64,000 bases of DNA, from contig NC_058368.1 in assembly GCF_018350175.1 (NCBI RefSeq), forward strand, positions 7,750,001-7,814,000. The letters are read 5' to 3'. Of the stretch, positions 12,945 through 25,274 are shown one piece after another (position 1 is the stretch's first letter; each line of letters begins with the position of its first letter). The position numbers and the translations under genes are program-made. The DNA comes from Felis catus. Taxonomy: Eukaryota. The notes under the pieces are model-generated. The model saw nothing but the letters and a program-made list of their open reading frames with translations. It was not told the DNA's origin and ran no database searches.

Positions 12945-13610
12945 TGGCGGGTGGTTAAATAACAGATGTATTGTTCTGGAGCTTAGAAGGCTGAGATCAA
13001 GGTGTTGGCTGGGTTGCTTTCTTCTGAGGATTGTGAGAAGGAATCTGTTCCATGCCTCTCACCGAGCTTCTGGTGGTTTGCCTGTAGTCTTTAGCATCCC
13101 TTGGCTCTCGGAAGCATCCCCTTGATCGCTTCTTTCATTTTCACAAGACATTCTTCCTGCGTGTGTGTCTATGTCCAGGTTTCCCCTTTCATAAAGTCTA
13201 AAGTCATATTGGATTAGGACTCACCTGAACAGTGACCTCTTCTTTTGTTTTTTTTAAAGCCATATTAAGAAATATTATTATTTTTTTAAGTTTATTTATT
13301 TTGAGAGACAGGGAGAAAGAGAGAGAACCAGCAGGAGAGGGGCAAAGAGAGGGGGAGACAGGATCAGAAGCGGGATCTGTTGCTGACCGCAGCGAGCCCA
13401 ATGTAGATCTAGAACGCACGAACCGTGAGATCATGCACCTGAGCTGGAGTCAGATGCTCAACTGACTGGACCACCCAGGTGCCCCAAACAGTGACTTCAT
13501 CTCAACTGATTACATCTTGAGTGATTCTGTACTGAGATTAAGATCACATTCTGAGATACTGAGGTTAGAATGTCAACATTTCTTTTGAGAGGACACAGTT
13601 CAGCTTGTTG
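12945..13610 (-). mobile_element. MLT1 (MaLR) LTR interrupted by a CAN-SINE at ~13250-13485
   Basis: MLT1-like motifs (GTTCTGGAG...GAGATCAAGGTGTTGGC, GGATTAGGACTCACC, CACATTCTGAGATACTG); SINE flanked by AACAGTGAC repeats. Confidence 0.75.
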
Positions 13611-13937
13611 AGTGGGTAAAAAAATGGGATAATGCATATGAAATTACATTTGACTTATGATTGATGCTATGTGCTAAGGTCTTGCTTCCCTAGTTATCAC
13701 CGATGTTGGTTAGTGATACTTCAGAGTTAGGAGGAGGATCAGAAACGTGGAATTGATCTCTTATGGCTCTGCACAGAAACTTTACCATGAGGACTGGAAA
13801 TACAGCGTTTATAGCTATTAACTACTATTTTTCTCAGATTTCCCTTGGACTTTTTCTGTTTGTGAGCTCCTGAGGGAAGTCCAGCCCTTCAAATAGACCA
13901 ATACGTCTTGCTCAGTCACCTGCTTTGGATTTGAGTC

Positions 13938-14161
13938 TTTTTTTTTTTTTAACTTTTTAAATGTTTGTTTATTTTTGAGAGAGAGAGAGAGTGAGAATAC
14001 AGTTGGGGAGGGGCAGAGAGAAGGAGACACAGAATCTGAAGCAGGCTCTAGGCTCCAAGATGTCAGCACTGAACCTGATGTGGGGCTTGAATCCACGAAC
14101 TGTGACATCATGACCTGAGCCAAAGTCAGGTGCTTAACCGACTGAGCCACCCAGGCGCCCC
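13938..14161 (-). mobile_element. CAN-SINE
   Basis: Full reverse-complement SINE; TSD GGATT(T/C)GAGTCTT. Confidence 0.9.
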
Positions 14162-14543
14162 AAGGATTCGAGTCTTATCTTTTAGACAATTCCTATGGGT
14201 TTTGTAACATGTCTAAAATGTTCCAAGCTACCTTTTTGTCATTTATATTAAAATTTTAAAAAACTACATGAAGCGTTTCCCCTAATGTATTCTGTACAAA
14301 AACATGTTAGTTTTTCATCAGAAAAGGCAAGATAACTTTTACAAATAGGTTTATATATGGATACAAATGATAACCACAAAACCACAAGAAGTAACCATTA
14401 GGCACATAATATCACCCAAGCATGCCAGTGCGCTGAATTATTCTCACAGCAGACCTGTAAAGTAGATGTTATTGTTCTGTTTTAGGGGAGGAAACTGAGA
14501 CTTGGGTTAAATACACTGTGAAGCAGGGGACGGGGGTGGGGGT

Positions 14544-14913
14544 GGGGTGCCTGGCTGGCTCATCTAGTAGAGCATGTAACTTTTTTTTTTTGAGTTTTTT
14601 ATTAAATTTTTTTTTTTAATGTTTATTTTTGAGAGAGAGAAAGAGACAGAGCCCAAGCTGGGAGGCGCAGAGAGAGAGAGAGAGAGACAGACAGACAGGC
14701 AGAATCTGAAGCAAGCTCTAGGCTCTGCACTGTCAGCACAGAGCCTGATGTGGGGCTTGAACCCATGAAGTAGGATAGGAGATCACAACCGAGCTGAACT
14801 TGGAATCCGGACGCTTAACCCACTGAGCCACCCAGGCGCCCTGGTAGAGCATGTAACTCTTGATCTCAGGGTCTTGAGTTCAAGCCCCACGTGGGCATGG
14901 AACCTACTTAAAA
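14544..14913. mobile_element. Older + strand short CAN-SINE split by an antisense CAN-SINE (14582-14841)
   Basis: TSD GTAGAGCATGTAACT at 14567-14581 and 14844-14858; the outer element resumes CTTGATCTCAGGGTC... Confidence 0.85.
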
Positions 14914-15177
14914 ACAGTCAAGGGCAATAGTTGGCAACTGGCTGAGAAGATCTCACAGGCAGTTGTGTTTGCTCAGGAGGTTGGTGCGAGTGTCTGCTGA
15001 GTAGGTGAAAGAGCCCCTTTTTCTTGGGCCTGCATCCCCTGGTGGCTATGAGTTTTAATTTCCTTATCAGGAAAATTGGAGGCTCTAATACCATTTGTAT
15101 GGGGTGTTTTCTGAAGGTTGGATGTGAAACTCACACTATAGTGCATCTTTTGTCAACTTCTAAAAATACCAATTTTC

Positions 15178-15405
15178 TTTTTTTTTTTTTTAATTTTTTT
15201 TTCAACGTTTATTTATTTTTGGGACAGAGAGAGACAGAGCATGAACAGGGGAGGGGCAGAGAGAGAGGGAGACACAGAATCGGAAACAGGCTCCAGGCTC
15301 TGAGCCATCAGCCCAGAGCCTGACGCGGGGCTCGAACTCACGGACCGCGAGATCGTGACCTGGCTGAAGTCGGACGCTTAACTGACTGCGCCACCCAGGC
15401 ACCCC
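15178..15405 (-). mobile_element. Young SINEC_Fc
   Basis: TSD TAAAAATACCAATTTTC; near-consensus body. Confidence 0.93.
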
Positions 15406-15638
15406 TAAAAATACCAATTTTCAAAAAGGATTTAATTGTAAATGTTCATAAAAATGTGCTAGTAGATTAGGGAATACCAAAAAAATATAAGTAGTCCCAA
15501 CTCTCAGTTAACAGGTAGTTTAGATGGGTAGATAATACAGAAACATATAAGGATTTAAAGGTTTACATAGTTGAAGATAGCAATAAAAGGTCAAAGTTTA
15601 TATTTTATATATGTAAAAAAAATATATTCTATATAAAG

Positions 15639-15677
<39 letters not shown>

Positions 15678-16036
15678 CACATAATCAAATAGATAAATGG
15701 TATCTGAAGAGGTAGAGGTTTTAACAGCTTAGAATAATTGGGCAATGCATTGTAGAGACAGAAGAGGAAAAAACATTTATGATTATCCCTCGAGACAGGA
15801 CATGAGGCACTTTGCTTTTAGGTTGTTTCCTCTGAGTCCCTACCACAGGCCTGTGAGTGAGCTGGTATTGCCTTCTTTTCCAGATGAAGAAATGACACTT
15901 AGAGGATTGTTTGCTCCAGGTCATAGAGCTAGTTAGTGAGTAGTAAAAGTAGGATTGGAACTCTGTGGCTCTAATTCCAAGGATTGTTTTCCTTTTCATC
16001 ATATATCTGGGTCTTGAAGAACGTAGAGTTAGGGGT

Positions 16037-16080
<44 letters not shown>

Positions 16081-16289
16081 GAATTGATGGTACTTCATAA
16101 TGTAAAGTGTAGGCTTTCAAAATACAGTTGAGTATACCATTTTGACTGGAGGAGAGAGTTCAGTAAAGTTATGATTATTGTAAAGACCTTTTTATAGATG
16201 TGTGTGTGTGTATATTTTATTACACTACAATCTTTGGTCTTTTGGAAATATCTGTATTCGTTTTTTTTCCCCTGATGGATACCCAGTTT

Positions 16290-16501
16290 TTACTTTTTTA
16301 CTTTTTTACTTTTTTTAAGTTTTCAGAGAGACAGAGCGTGAGTGGGGAAGGGGCAGAGGGAGAGGGAGAGAGAGTCCCAAGCAGGCCTCTCCACACTCAG
16401 TGTGGAGTCCAACCCAGGGCTTGTTCCCACAACCCTGGGATCATGACCTGAGCCAAAATCAAGAGTTGGTCGCTCACCTGATTGAGCCATCCAGGGGCCC
16501 C
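16290..16501 (-). mobile_element. CAN-SINE (older)
   Basis: Reverse-complement SINE; TSD TGGA(T/C)ACCCAGTT. Confidence 0.85.
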
Positions 16502-17485
16502 TGGACACCCAGTTGTTTTAAGTTTATTTATTGGATAATTCCTCTTTTTCTCCACTGATTTATGAAAAAATAGCTTTATTGAAATATAATTTATGTGCTT
16601 TATTCAGTCACTGTAAGTTGTACAGTCAGTTTTTAGTAGGTTATATTATAGAGTTACACAAACTGTCAAGATTCTTACAAGATACTGTCTCATTGTTTTT
16701 CATAATTTTTCATTGACGTTTGCAGGGTAGATGGTATGATTTTCACTTTACAAATAATGGCATAATCTACATTTTTTAAGTATTTTGCCTGAGACTTTGT
16801 GGCTAGTAAGTGGCAAAACTGAGACTCAAACCTGGCATCATTTTGGAAATGATGGGTTGAGAACAGATTGTTGAGTGCTTTTTAATGTTGGACTAAGAAA
16901 TTTGGATTTCGTCACCTAGCGTAAGAATTGCCCGCATCTCGTCTGTGATGTCTTCTTTGGCGCAGGAAAACTGCTCAGTATTGTCAGGGGATCACATTTT
17001 GTAAAGTCTGTTCTATGGAACTCTAGGCTCTCAAGCTGCTCCATGGAGAAAGGGTCTCTAGGCAAGTACATTTGGGAAGTGTATCTTGAATTTGAATTGT
17101 CAGAGTTCACATTGTGGACACAATGCTATGAGAAGTTGTGCAGTGAAGAATGGGTTTCCTTTTGTTTTTTTCAGCATTTTCCAAATTTACTGACTTTAGA
17201 ATTCCCTTTGGGTAGCATTGATTTATTGTGATCTTTTTGGAAAGTTAAACCCATTTCACCAAGAAGGGACAAGACTGAAGATGAAGGAGAACATTTATTT
17301 AGTTAAGCCGTGAGGATGGTTTTTTGTTTTTTGGTTTTTTTTTAAGTGGCTTATTATCGTACACATTTCTATGTTAATCACGGCAGGGTTCCTGCTGACA
17401 GTTGGAGAAGTTCTGATTCTTTAGGCACTGTAAGATCCTTTGGTTCAAAGTTTGAATGTCTTAACATCAAGACTTTGCAGTTTTA

Positions 17486-17910
17486 CTTTTTTTTTTTTTC
17501 CATGTTTTTATTTATTTTTGGGACAGGGAGAGACAGAGCATGAACGGGGGAGGGGCAGAGAGAGAGGGAGACACAGAATCGGAAACAGGCTCCAGGCTCT
17601 GAGCCAGCAGCCCAGAGCCTGACGTGGGGCTCGAACTCCCGGACCGTGAGATCGTGACCTGGCTGAAGTCGGACGCTTAACCGACTGCGCCACCCAGGCG
17701 CCCCAAGACTTTGCAGTTTTAAAAACTGCTTGAGGGGCACCTGGGTGGCTCAGTGGGTTAAGCTACCCACTCTTGATTTCGGCTCAGGTCATGAATCTCG
17801 CTTGCTGTGTGGAAGCTGCTTCGGATCTTCTGTCTCCCCCTTTCTGGCCGTCTCCCGCTCGTGCACTCTCTCGCTCTGTCTCAAAAATTAATAAACGTTA
17901 AAAAAAATAA
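17486..17910. mobile_element. Head-to-head CAN-SINE pair (- 17486-17704; + 17734-17910)
   Basis: TSD AAGACTTTGCAGTTTTA around the first copy; second copy starts GGGGCACCTGGGTGG 30 bp later. Confidence 0.9.
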
Positions 17911-18458
17911 AACTGCAGGCTTGAAATTTCATTTTTTGATTTATAATTTCCTTTCTTAAAAACTGGAAGGCAGTTTCATGCAATCAAGAGGTTGTCATTG
18001 CATCCCTGTTGTGTCACTTACTAGCTTTGTGACTGCACAAGCTTTCTCATCTCCCTGAATCAGTTCGCTTAGCTGCAAAATAAAATATCAACCCTGCTGC
18101 AGTTGTCATTCAGACTGCGGTTCATATTTACACAGTGATTGTTGAATTGATTATTATTCCGTACAGATATGTTGTAATAATAGAGATGATAATAGAGCTT
18201 TCACAGAAACAGTAAGCCTTACTTCCATTGGGTTGCAAATTATTATACTGTAGAGATGGTATTGGTGGACTGCAAAAATAAGGGATTGAAGGCATGAAAA
18301 GTACTTAATTATCTAGTCTTGGTAATTAAAGTCTCTAACGTGTCTTATGCTTGTGTAATTTAAACTTAAAAAGTACTCCACATGCCTTTTCTCCTTGTGC
18401 ATCCCATGAGGTATGTAGGATATGTGTTCTTAGTAACTTTATAAAAAGTTAGTACCTT

Positions 18459-19312
18459 CAAAAAGCTTCTGCACAGCGAAGGAAACAGTCAGCAAAACTG
18501 AAAGGCAACCGACGGAATGGGAGAAGATATTTGCAAACGACATATCAGATAAAGGGTTAGTGTCCAAGATCTATAAAGAACTTATCAAACTCAGGGGCGC
18601 CTGGGTGGCGCAGTCGGTTAAGTGTCCGACTTCAGCCAGGTCACGATCTCGCGGTCCGTGAGTTCGAGCCCCGCGTCGGGCTCTGGGCTGATGGCTCAGA
18701 GCCTGGAGCCTGTTTCCGATTCTGTGTCTCCCTCTCTCTCTGCCCCTCCCCCGTTCATGCTCTGTCTCTCTCTGTCCCAAAAATAAATAAACGTTGAAAA
18801 AAAAAAATTAAAAAAAAAAAAAAAGAACTTATCAAACTCAACACCCAAAAAACAAATAATCCAGTGAAGAAATGGGCAAAAGACAGGAATAGGCACTTTT
18901 CCAAAGAAGACATCCAGATGGCTAACAGACACATGAAAAAACGCTCCACATCACTCATCATCAGGGAAGTACAAATCAAAACCACACCTGTCAGAATGGC
19001 TAACATTAACAACTGAGGCAACAGCAGATGTTGGTGAGGATGCGGGGAAAGAGGATCTCTTTTGCATTGTTGGTGGGAATACAGGCTGGTACAGCCACTC
19101 TGGAAAACAGTATGGAGGTTCCTCAAAAAACTAAAAATAGAACTACCCTACGACCCAGCAGTTGCACTACTAGGCATTTATCCAAGGAATACAGGTGTTC
19201 TTTTTCGAAGGGGCACATGCACCCCCATGTTTATAGCAGCACTATTGACAATAGCCAAAGTATGGAAAGAGCCCAAATGTCCATTGATGGATGAATGGGT
19301 AAAGAAGATGTG

Positions 19313-19355
<43 letters not shown>

Positions 19356-19763
19356 AATGGAGTATTACTCGCCAATCAAAAAGAATGAAAGCTTGCCATT
19401 TGCAACTACATGGATGGAACTGGAGGGTATTATGCTAAGTGAAGTTAGAGAAAGACAAAAATCATGTGACTTCACTCATATGAGGACTTTAAGAGACAAA
19501 ACAGATGAACATAGGGAATGGAAACAAAAATAATATAAAAACAGGGAGGGGGCAAAACAGAAGAGACTCATAAATAGGGAGAATAAACTGAAGGTTACAG
19601 GAGGGGTTGTGGGGGGGGGGGGATGAACTAAATGGGTAAGGGGCATTAAGGAATCTACTCCTGAAATCATTGTTGCACTATATGCTAACTAATTTGGATG
19701 TAAATTTAAAAAAATAAAATTAAAAAAAAGTAAATTCTTCAGATGCCTGTAAAAAAAAATAAA
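18459..19763 (+). mobile_element. 5'-truncated carnivore/felid L1 (end of ORF2 + 3'UTR) with nested SINEC_Fc at 18594-18821
   Basis: ORF2 C-terminal translation ([40 protein letters not shown]); G-rich 3'UTR; TSD TA(A/G)AAAGTTAG(T/G)ACCTT; SINE TSD AAAGAACTTATCAAACTCA (19 bp, perfect). Confidence 0.93.
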
Positions 19764-19894
19764 TAGAAAGTTAGGACCTTTGTGATCTATATAGAATAAT
19801 GTATCATAGGTTAGTGATTTCCTTAACTATTCTTGAAGTATGAAATCCCATTCTCTTCCTTCCAAAACAGGAAAAGTGAAGTATATGTATGGAA

Positions 19895-21040
19895 TTTTTT
19901 TTTCTCTCAGCTTTATTGAGATATTGTTATCTGTTAAGTTTAAAGTGTACAACTTGATGATGTGATATATATTGCAAAATGATTACCATATAAGGTTAAT
20001 CAACACCTTCATCTCTTTGCATAATTTTTTTGTGTGTGGTAATAGCTTTTAAAATCTACTCTTTTAACAACTTTCGATTATATAATACAGTTTTGTTAAT
20101 TATAGTCCCATGGTGTACGTTAGATCCCAGAACTTACTCGTAGTCCTGTCATAGCTGGAAATTCGACCAACATCGCCCCATTTCTCCTACTCCCCAGTCT
20201 CTGGCAGCCACTGTACTATATTTCTTTGAGTTTGGCCCTTTTATTTAAAATTTATCTATTTGGGGCGCCTGGGTGGCACAGTCAGTTAAGCGTCCGACTT
20301 CAGCCAGGTCACGATCTCACGGTCCGTGGGTTTGAGCCCCGCGTCGGGCTCTGGGCTGATGGCTCAGAGCCTGGAGCCTGTTTCCGATTCTGTGTCTCCC
20401 TCTCTCTCTGCCCCTCCCCCGTTCATGCTCTGTCTCTCTCTGTCCCAAAAATAAATAAACGTTGAAAAAAAATTAAAAAAAAAATTTATCTATTTAGAGA
20501 GAGCAGAGAGAACATGCACAGGGAAGGGGCAGAGAGAGAGAGGGAGGGAGGGAGGGAGGGAGAGAGAATCCCAAGCAGACTCTGTGCTGTATCGGCACAG
20601 AGCCCTATGCAGGGCTTGATTTTACGAACCGTGAGATCATGATCTGAGCCGAAATCAAAAGTTGGACGCTTGACTGAGCCATGCAGGTGCCTCAAGTTTG
20701 GCCCTTTTAGATTCCACGTATAAGGGAGAACATACTATGTTTGTCTTTCTCGGACTGATTTCACTTAGCATAATGCCCTCAGCGTTCACCTGTGGTGTCA
20801 CAAATGGCAGGGTTTCCCTTTTTATGGCCGAGTGATATTCCGTTGTGTATGTATGTGTGTATGTATGTATATATCACATTTTATGCATATGTATATATGT
20901 ATCACACTTTTGTTAGCCATTCATCTGTCAGCAGATACCTAGGTTGTTTCCGTGCCTTGGCTATTAGGAATAATGCTGCAGTGAACATGGGGGTGCAGAC
21001 ATTTCTTCAAGATAGCGATTCCGTTTCCTTTGGGTGTATA
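19895..21040 (-). mobile_element. Older L1 3' fragment with two nested CAN-SINEs (- 20243-20693; + 20262-20480)
   Basis: L1 3' motifs (CTTTATTGAGATA, TTTCACTTAGCATAATG, AATGCTGCAGTGAACATGGGGGTGCAG); TSDs AGTTTGGCCCTTTT and AAAATTTATCTATTT. Confidence 0.85.
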
Positions 21041-21255
21041 CAGTAGTTCTGCTGTACCTGCAGGCGATACAGTTCGAGACCCCCCTCCCCCCCCCAACCC
21101 CGGTGGATGTTTGAAATTGCAGATGGCTAGAACCTTATATATACTATGTTTTTTTCTAGGAATACAGTTTTCATTTTAATAGTGGACGTTTTGAGAAATA
21201 AGTCTTAAAAATAGACCGGAAAAATGATCTCAGTTTGCTTTCCAAGGAATCCCTA

Positions 21256-21623
21256 TGTGTTAGTCTGTCTGAAGTATAATAAAATACTTCAGATTGGATG
21301 TCTTAACAAACAACAGAAATTTATTTCTCACAGTTCTGGGGGCTGGAAAGTCCAAGATCCTAGCACTGGCACATTTTATGTGATGGTTGGCTAGGACCCA
21401 CTTCCTGCTTCCTAAATGGGTGCCTTCTTGTATCCTAACATGGTGGAAGGGACGAGGGGTCTTTAGGGATTTCTTGTGAAAAAGAAGATTAATCTCATTC
21501 CTGAGACCTCCACTCCCATGACCTGCACATCTCCAAAGGCCCTGCCTCCTAATACCATTATCTTTGGGGGTTAGGATTTCAGCATGTGAGTTTTGCAGGT
21601 ATACAGACGTTCAGATCATAGCA
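21256..21623 (-). mobile_element. Complete MLT1A-type solo LTR
   Basis: TG...CA termini with perfect 5-bp TSD CCCTA (21251-21255, 21624-21628); AACAACAGAAATTTATTTCTCACAGTTCTGG motif. Confidence 0.88.
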
Positions 21624-22405
21624 CCCTACATCCAACTGTCAGCATTCTCTTAGTTTGCTTAGTTGGGGGTGGGAGTGGTTTCACTGGTTCTCAGAGGCTG
21701 TGCCCAGAAGAGGACAATCCTACGTGGAGCTTAGCTGATTTGTAAAGCATATGGTTTTGTACTTAACTATCAGCTTAGAAAATAGCAACATTCCAAGTAA
21801 TTACCAGGAGGTAGCATCTAAACCATATTGTCCATTACTTTGTGGATATATGATGGATTCTCATACTACTTAATCGTTTTGTATTAACCTATCCTAAAAT
21901 CAACAGCTTGTCTGTATTTCTGAACTCTATCCTATTGCTACACTGCAGAATTGTTTTTACTGAATTATGCGTTAATGTGAGACTGCTGGTCTGTTTCATA
22001 AGATGTATTAAGAGAACAGTCCTGAGAAACTTACATCTGTTTCTCCTCTGAAGATTCAGTTGCAGTGTTTGTATTCTGTCTTCTTGCAAAGTTAAAGAAA
22101 GAAAACTTGAGAAAATGAAATGCAAGTGTGGTTTGTTTCTTCATGTTATGTTTGGTGGTGCTTACATACTAATACAAAATAAAATACTATCTCTGTGGGG
22201 AAAAAAGTCCGTCAACTTGAGCTTTGTTCAACAAATGTTTAGAGCTGAGCCAATTTTATTTGGTCCTGCCTTCTGTTATGAACAGATAAATAAAAGGAAG
22301 TGTGACAGAGGTTTGAGACTTTAAAATCTATTAGAGACACAGAAACTACATCAGTATTTTGTACTTCCAAATAATTAAAATGCTTGAATTTTCCTTTTCT
22401 TTCAG

Positions 22406-22527
22406 TTCCTGGAATAGATGGAGGTGCTTTAACTGATGCAAGTCTCACAGATTCCTATTTCAGCACCAGCTTCATTGGAGTCAATGGATTTGGAAGCCCA
22501 GTGGAAACAAAGTATCCCTTGATGCAG
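22406..22527 (+). CDS. PAN3: PAN3 coding exon 2 (122 nt)
   Basis: Pyrimidine tract + TTTCAG acceptor. Phase 1 joins exon 1 to give IPGIDGGALTDASLTDSYFSTSFIGVNGFGSPVETKYPLMQ. Donor CAG|GTATCC. Confidence 0.96.
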
Positions 22528-23278
22528 GTATCCTTAGTCTGAATTTACATGGCACTAAACAGTGAAGTTTATTCCAGTGTCAGGGGATGTGTTGAGTCTT
22601 CATTTATTCCTAAACTTGTTCAGTATGAGGGAAGGTTTTCGGAATTGATGAGGTTGGTGGGATACGGTTGGAGTCTGTGTGAGCTTTCAAGGGTGGGATG
22701 GGGTGGGAGGACAGTGGAGTATGTAGAAGACAGATGGAAAGAGACTAGTTTTCACTCCTCTCTGTGTTTTGTGGGTATGGAGTGAAGGCCTTTCAGGATG
22801 GAGAGACTGTAGAAGGTATGGAGTGTAAGAAAGCAATGGACATGTTTAAAGAACCGAGAATAGCCTAATTTTATAGAATCTATAAGGTGTATGAAGGTTA
22901 ATACACACCGGGAGAGGCTATTAGAAAGCGTTTGTTGACTTTTACGTCTTCTCAGATGGATGTTGAAATTTATATTTTATAGACCGGGAGGCTGAATAGT
23001 TACATGCGTTGCCCAAGCTAATAATATGGAAGTGCAATTCAAAATAGGTGTGCGACTTTGATTTTAAATATCTGGCTAGTGAGTAAAATTTTCATCTGAT
23101 GTGTTATAGAGAGTATTTGGACATTTTTACATGAATTAATGTAATCCATGTTGCAACATTTATAGTCAGATTAGAGTGTCAGTGATGTGAGAAGTGGATC
23201 GGAGGGGAAGAAGCAGAGAGTTCGTCTGAATTGGCTGACTGTTCTCAGTGATGTAATGTTTGTCTATTTTGTTTGCAG

Positions 23279-23345
23279 AGAGTGACTAACAGTAGCAGCT
23301 CCCCAAGCCTTCTGAATGACAGTGCTAAGCCATATGCAGGCCACG
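23279..23345 (+). CDS. PAN3: PAN3 coding exon 3 (67 nt)
   Basis: TTTGCAG acceptor; RVTNSSSSPSLLNDSAKPYAGH; donor G|GTAAGA, phase 1. Confidence 0.95.
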
Positions 23346-23898
23346 GTAAGACTGGATCCCTCTTTCTCTTTTGTGTGTTTGTACGTATGCGTGCATGCAT
23401 ATGTGTATATTTCTGATCCTAAAACAGTGTGTTCATTGGAGAAACCTTGAAGTCTTGAAAATTATGAATATGTATAAAGGAAGAGAATAAGTGATCTAGA
23501 GAGATCACTGTTGTTTGGATTCCATATAATTCCAAGTAGTGGTTATGTCTGAGTGTGAAAATACATGTACTTGTATACATATATATACATATACTTACAT
23601 ACGTAATACTTAGCTAAGTAGACTCATATACTTAAGATGGCATTAGATACACTTTAAAATTAGGAGTGTTTCTGGATCATAATAAATGGAATTCTATTGC
23701 TTATTTTCATAATTTACTGAAGTTTTAAAAAAAGTATTCTAATGTTGGACTATGTGTATGCATCTGTGTTTATATTTTGTTTCGGAAACATTCTTAGACA
23801 TGCAGTGACTGTTTGCAAGATCATGGTCATTTTTAAGGTTTTTAATATGGAATTTCCAAGTATCTTTCTGTATTCTATTTTAAAAACAAATGTTCAAA

Positions 23899-24120
23899 GG
23901 GGGCGCCTGGGTGGCTCAGTCGGTTGAGCATCTGACTTCAGCTCAGGTCATGATCTCACAGTTTGTGAGTTCGAGCCCCACGTCGGGCTCTATGCTGACA
24001 GCTCGGAGCCTGGAGCCTGCTTCTGATTCTGTGTCTCCCACTCTGTCTCTCTCTCCCTCCCCTGCTCACGCTCGCTCGCTCTCTCTCAAAAAAAAAAAAA
24101 AAAAAAGAAATGTTGAAAAA
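23899..24120 (+). mobile_element. CAN-SINE in intron 3
   Basis: Full SINE; TSD AAATGTTCAA. Confidence 0.9.
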
Positions 24121-25203
24121 AATGTTCAAGAATAGCATCTTAAAAATATGTAACAATTGAGTGTTAGTACTCTGCATAATAGTACCTATTTTTAGGTGCC
24201 TTGAATGTATAAATTACATAAAAATATTTTACTAGCTTTTTCTGTACATACATTAAATTGTTAATTGTAATGACAGACTAAGCTATGAAAATTCAGGCAG
24301 TCGAAACTGGAGAAATTAAGCAGCAGTCTATACTGCATTTTGAAGAGAGTTAGTAGGTCCTTGTAAATAAGAACAGTTACTATAGATTCTAGAATTTCAT
24401 GGATCATTTAATGAGAAACATAAGAGTAACTAGAGCTCAGAATTGAAGGTAAGGATTTCCATGTGTGTCACGTATCCTTTTCAGAAACTCTTCTGATTTA
24501 TTAAGGGAAAAACGATTTAGAGACATACTTTTGTTTGTAACTTCTGAACAGAGTAATAGAACTTTGAAACTGTAAAATCTTTAAATTTCATGTTTATTTT
24601 GAAACATTTAATATTTCCCTCTTTAAAAACTTAATTTACTTATATTTTTAGTAAGAATATAAAATATCTGGTGACAAACTTAAAAAAGATAGAATATTGC
24701 ATAGATGGTTTTAAGGCCTGGCCTAAGTGTTAAAATCCAAGTCCAGTCACTCAGAGCATGGCTTTCTGTCCTCCCCACCTCCCTGCCCTTTGTAATTTTT
24801 CTCATGATTTGGTTTCACGTACACAAACACTTACTAAATGGTAGACTTCTTTCATAAACACACATTCCTAATAACAAGGTGAAGAGCCATCTCTTCTTTT
24901 TTTCTGTTTGATTTTTCTTTTGGTTGTATACAAACAGATGTACCCTAATCCATATAGCTTCTGATTAAAGTATTAGCTGATACTTTAATTGGCTAAGTAT
25001 TGACTGAAAGAAGTATTCTCTAATTTGTGTTTCTTTTACTTAGAAAATATTTGAACATCCACTGTATATGAGGCATTGAGTTTAAGTATTACTGTGGTAT
25101 ATGATTTTTTATTACTGTTAAGAATGTTGTCAGGTTAAACATTTATTAGATTTGTGGGTTGCCTGAGTTGTCTGTGTGGAAACTTATGTAACTTACCTTC
25201 CAG

Positions 25204-25274
25204 ATCCTCTAACTTCACCTGCTTCATCCTTGTTTAATGACTTTGGTGCCCTCAACATCTCTCAGAGAAGAAAG
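25204..25274 (+). CDS. PAN3: PAN3 coding exon 4 (71 nt)
   Basis: TTCCAG acceptor; DPLTSPASSLFNDFGALNISQRRK; donor AAG|GTAGGT, phase 0. Confidence 0.95.

Noticed and set aside
19028..19388. ORF with L1 ORF2 C-terminal similarity as an active element
   Set aside because: 5'-truncated, interrupted by a SINE, stops and a (TG)n run.
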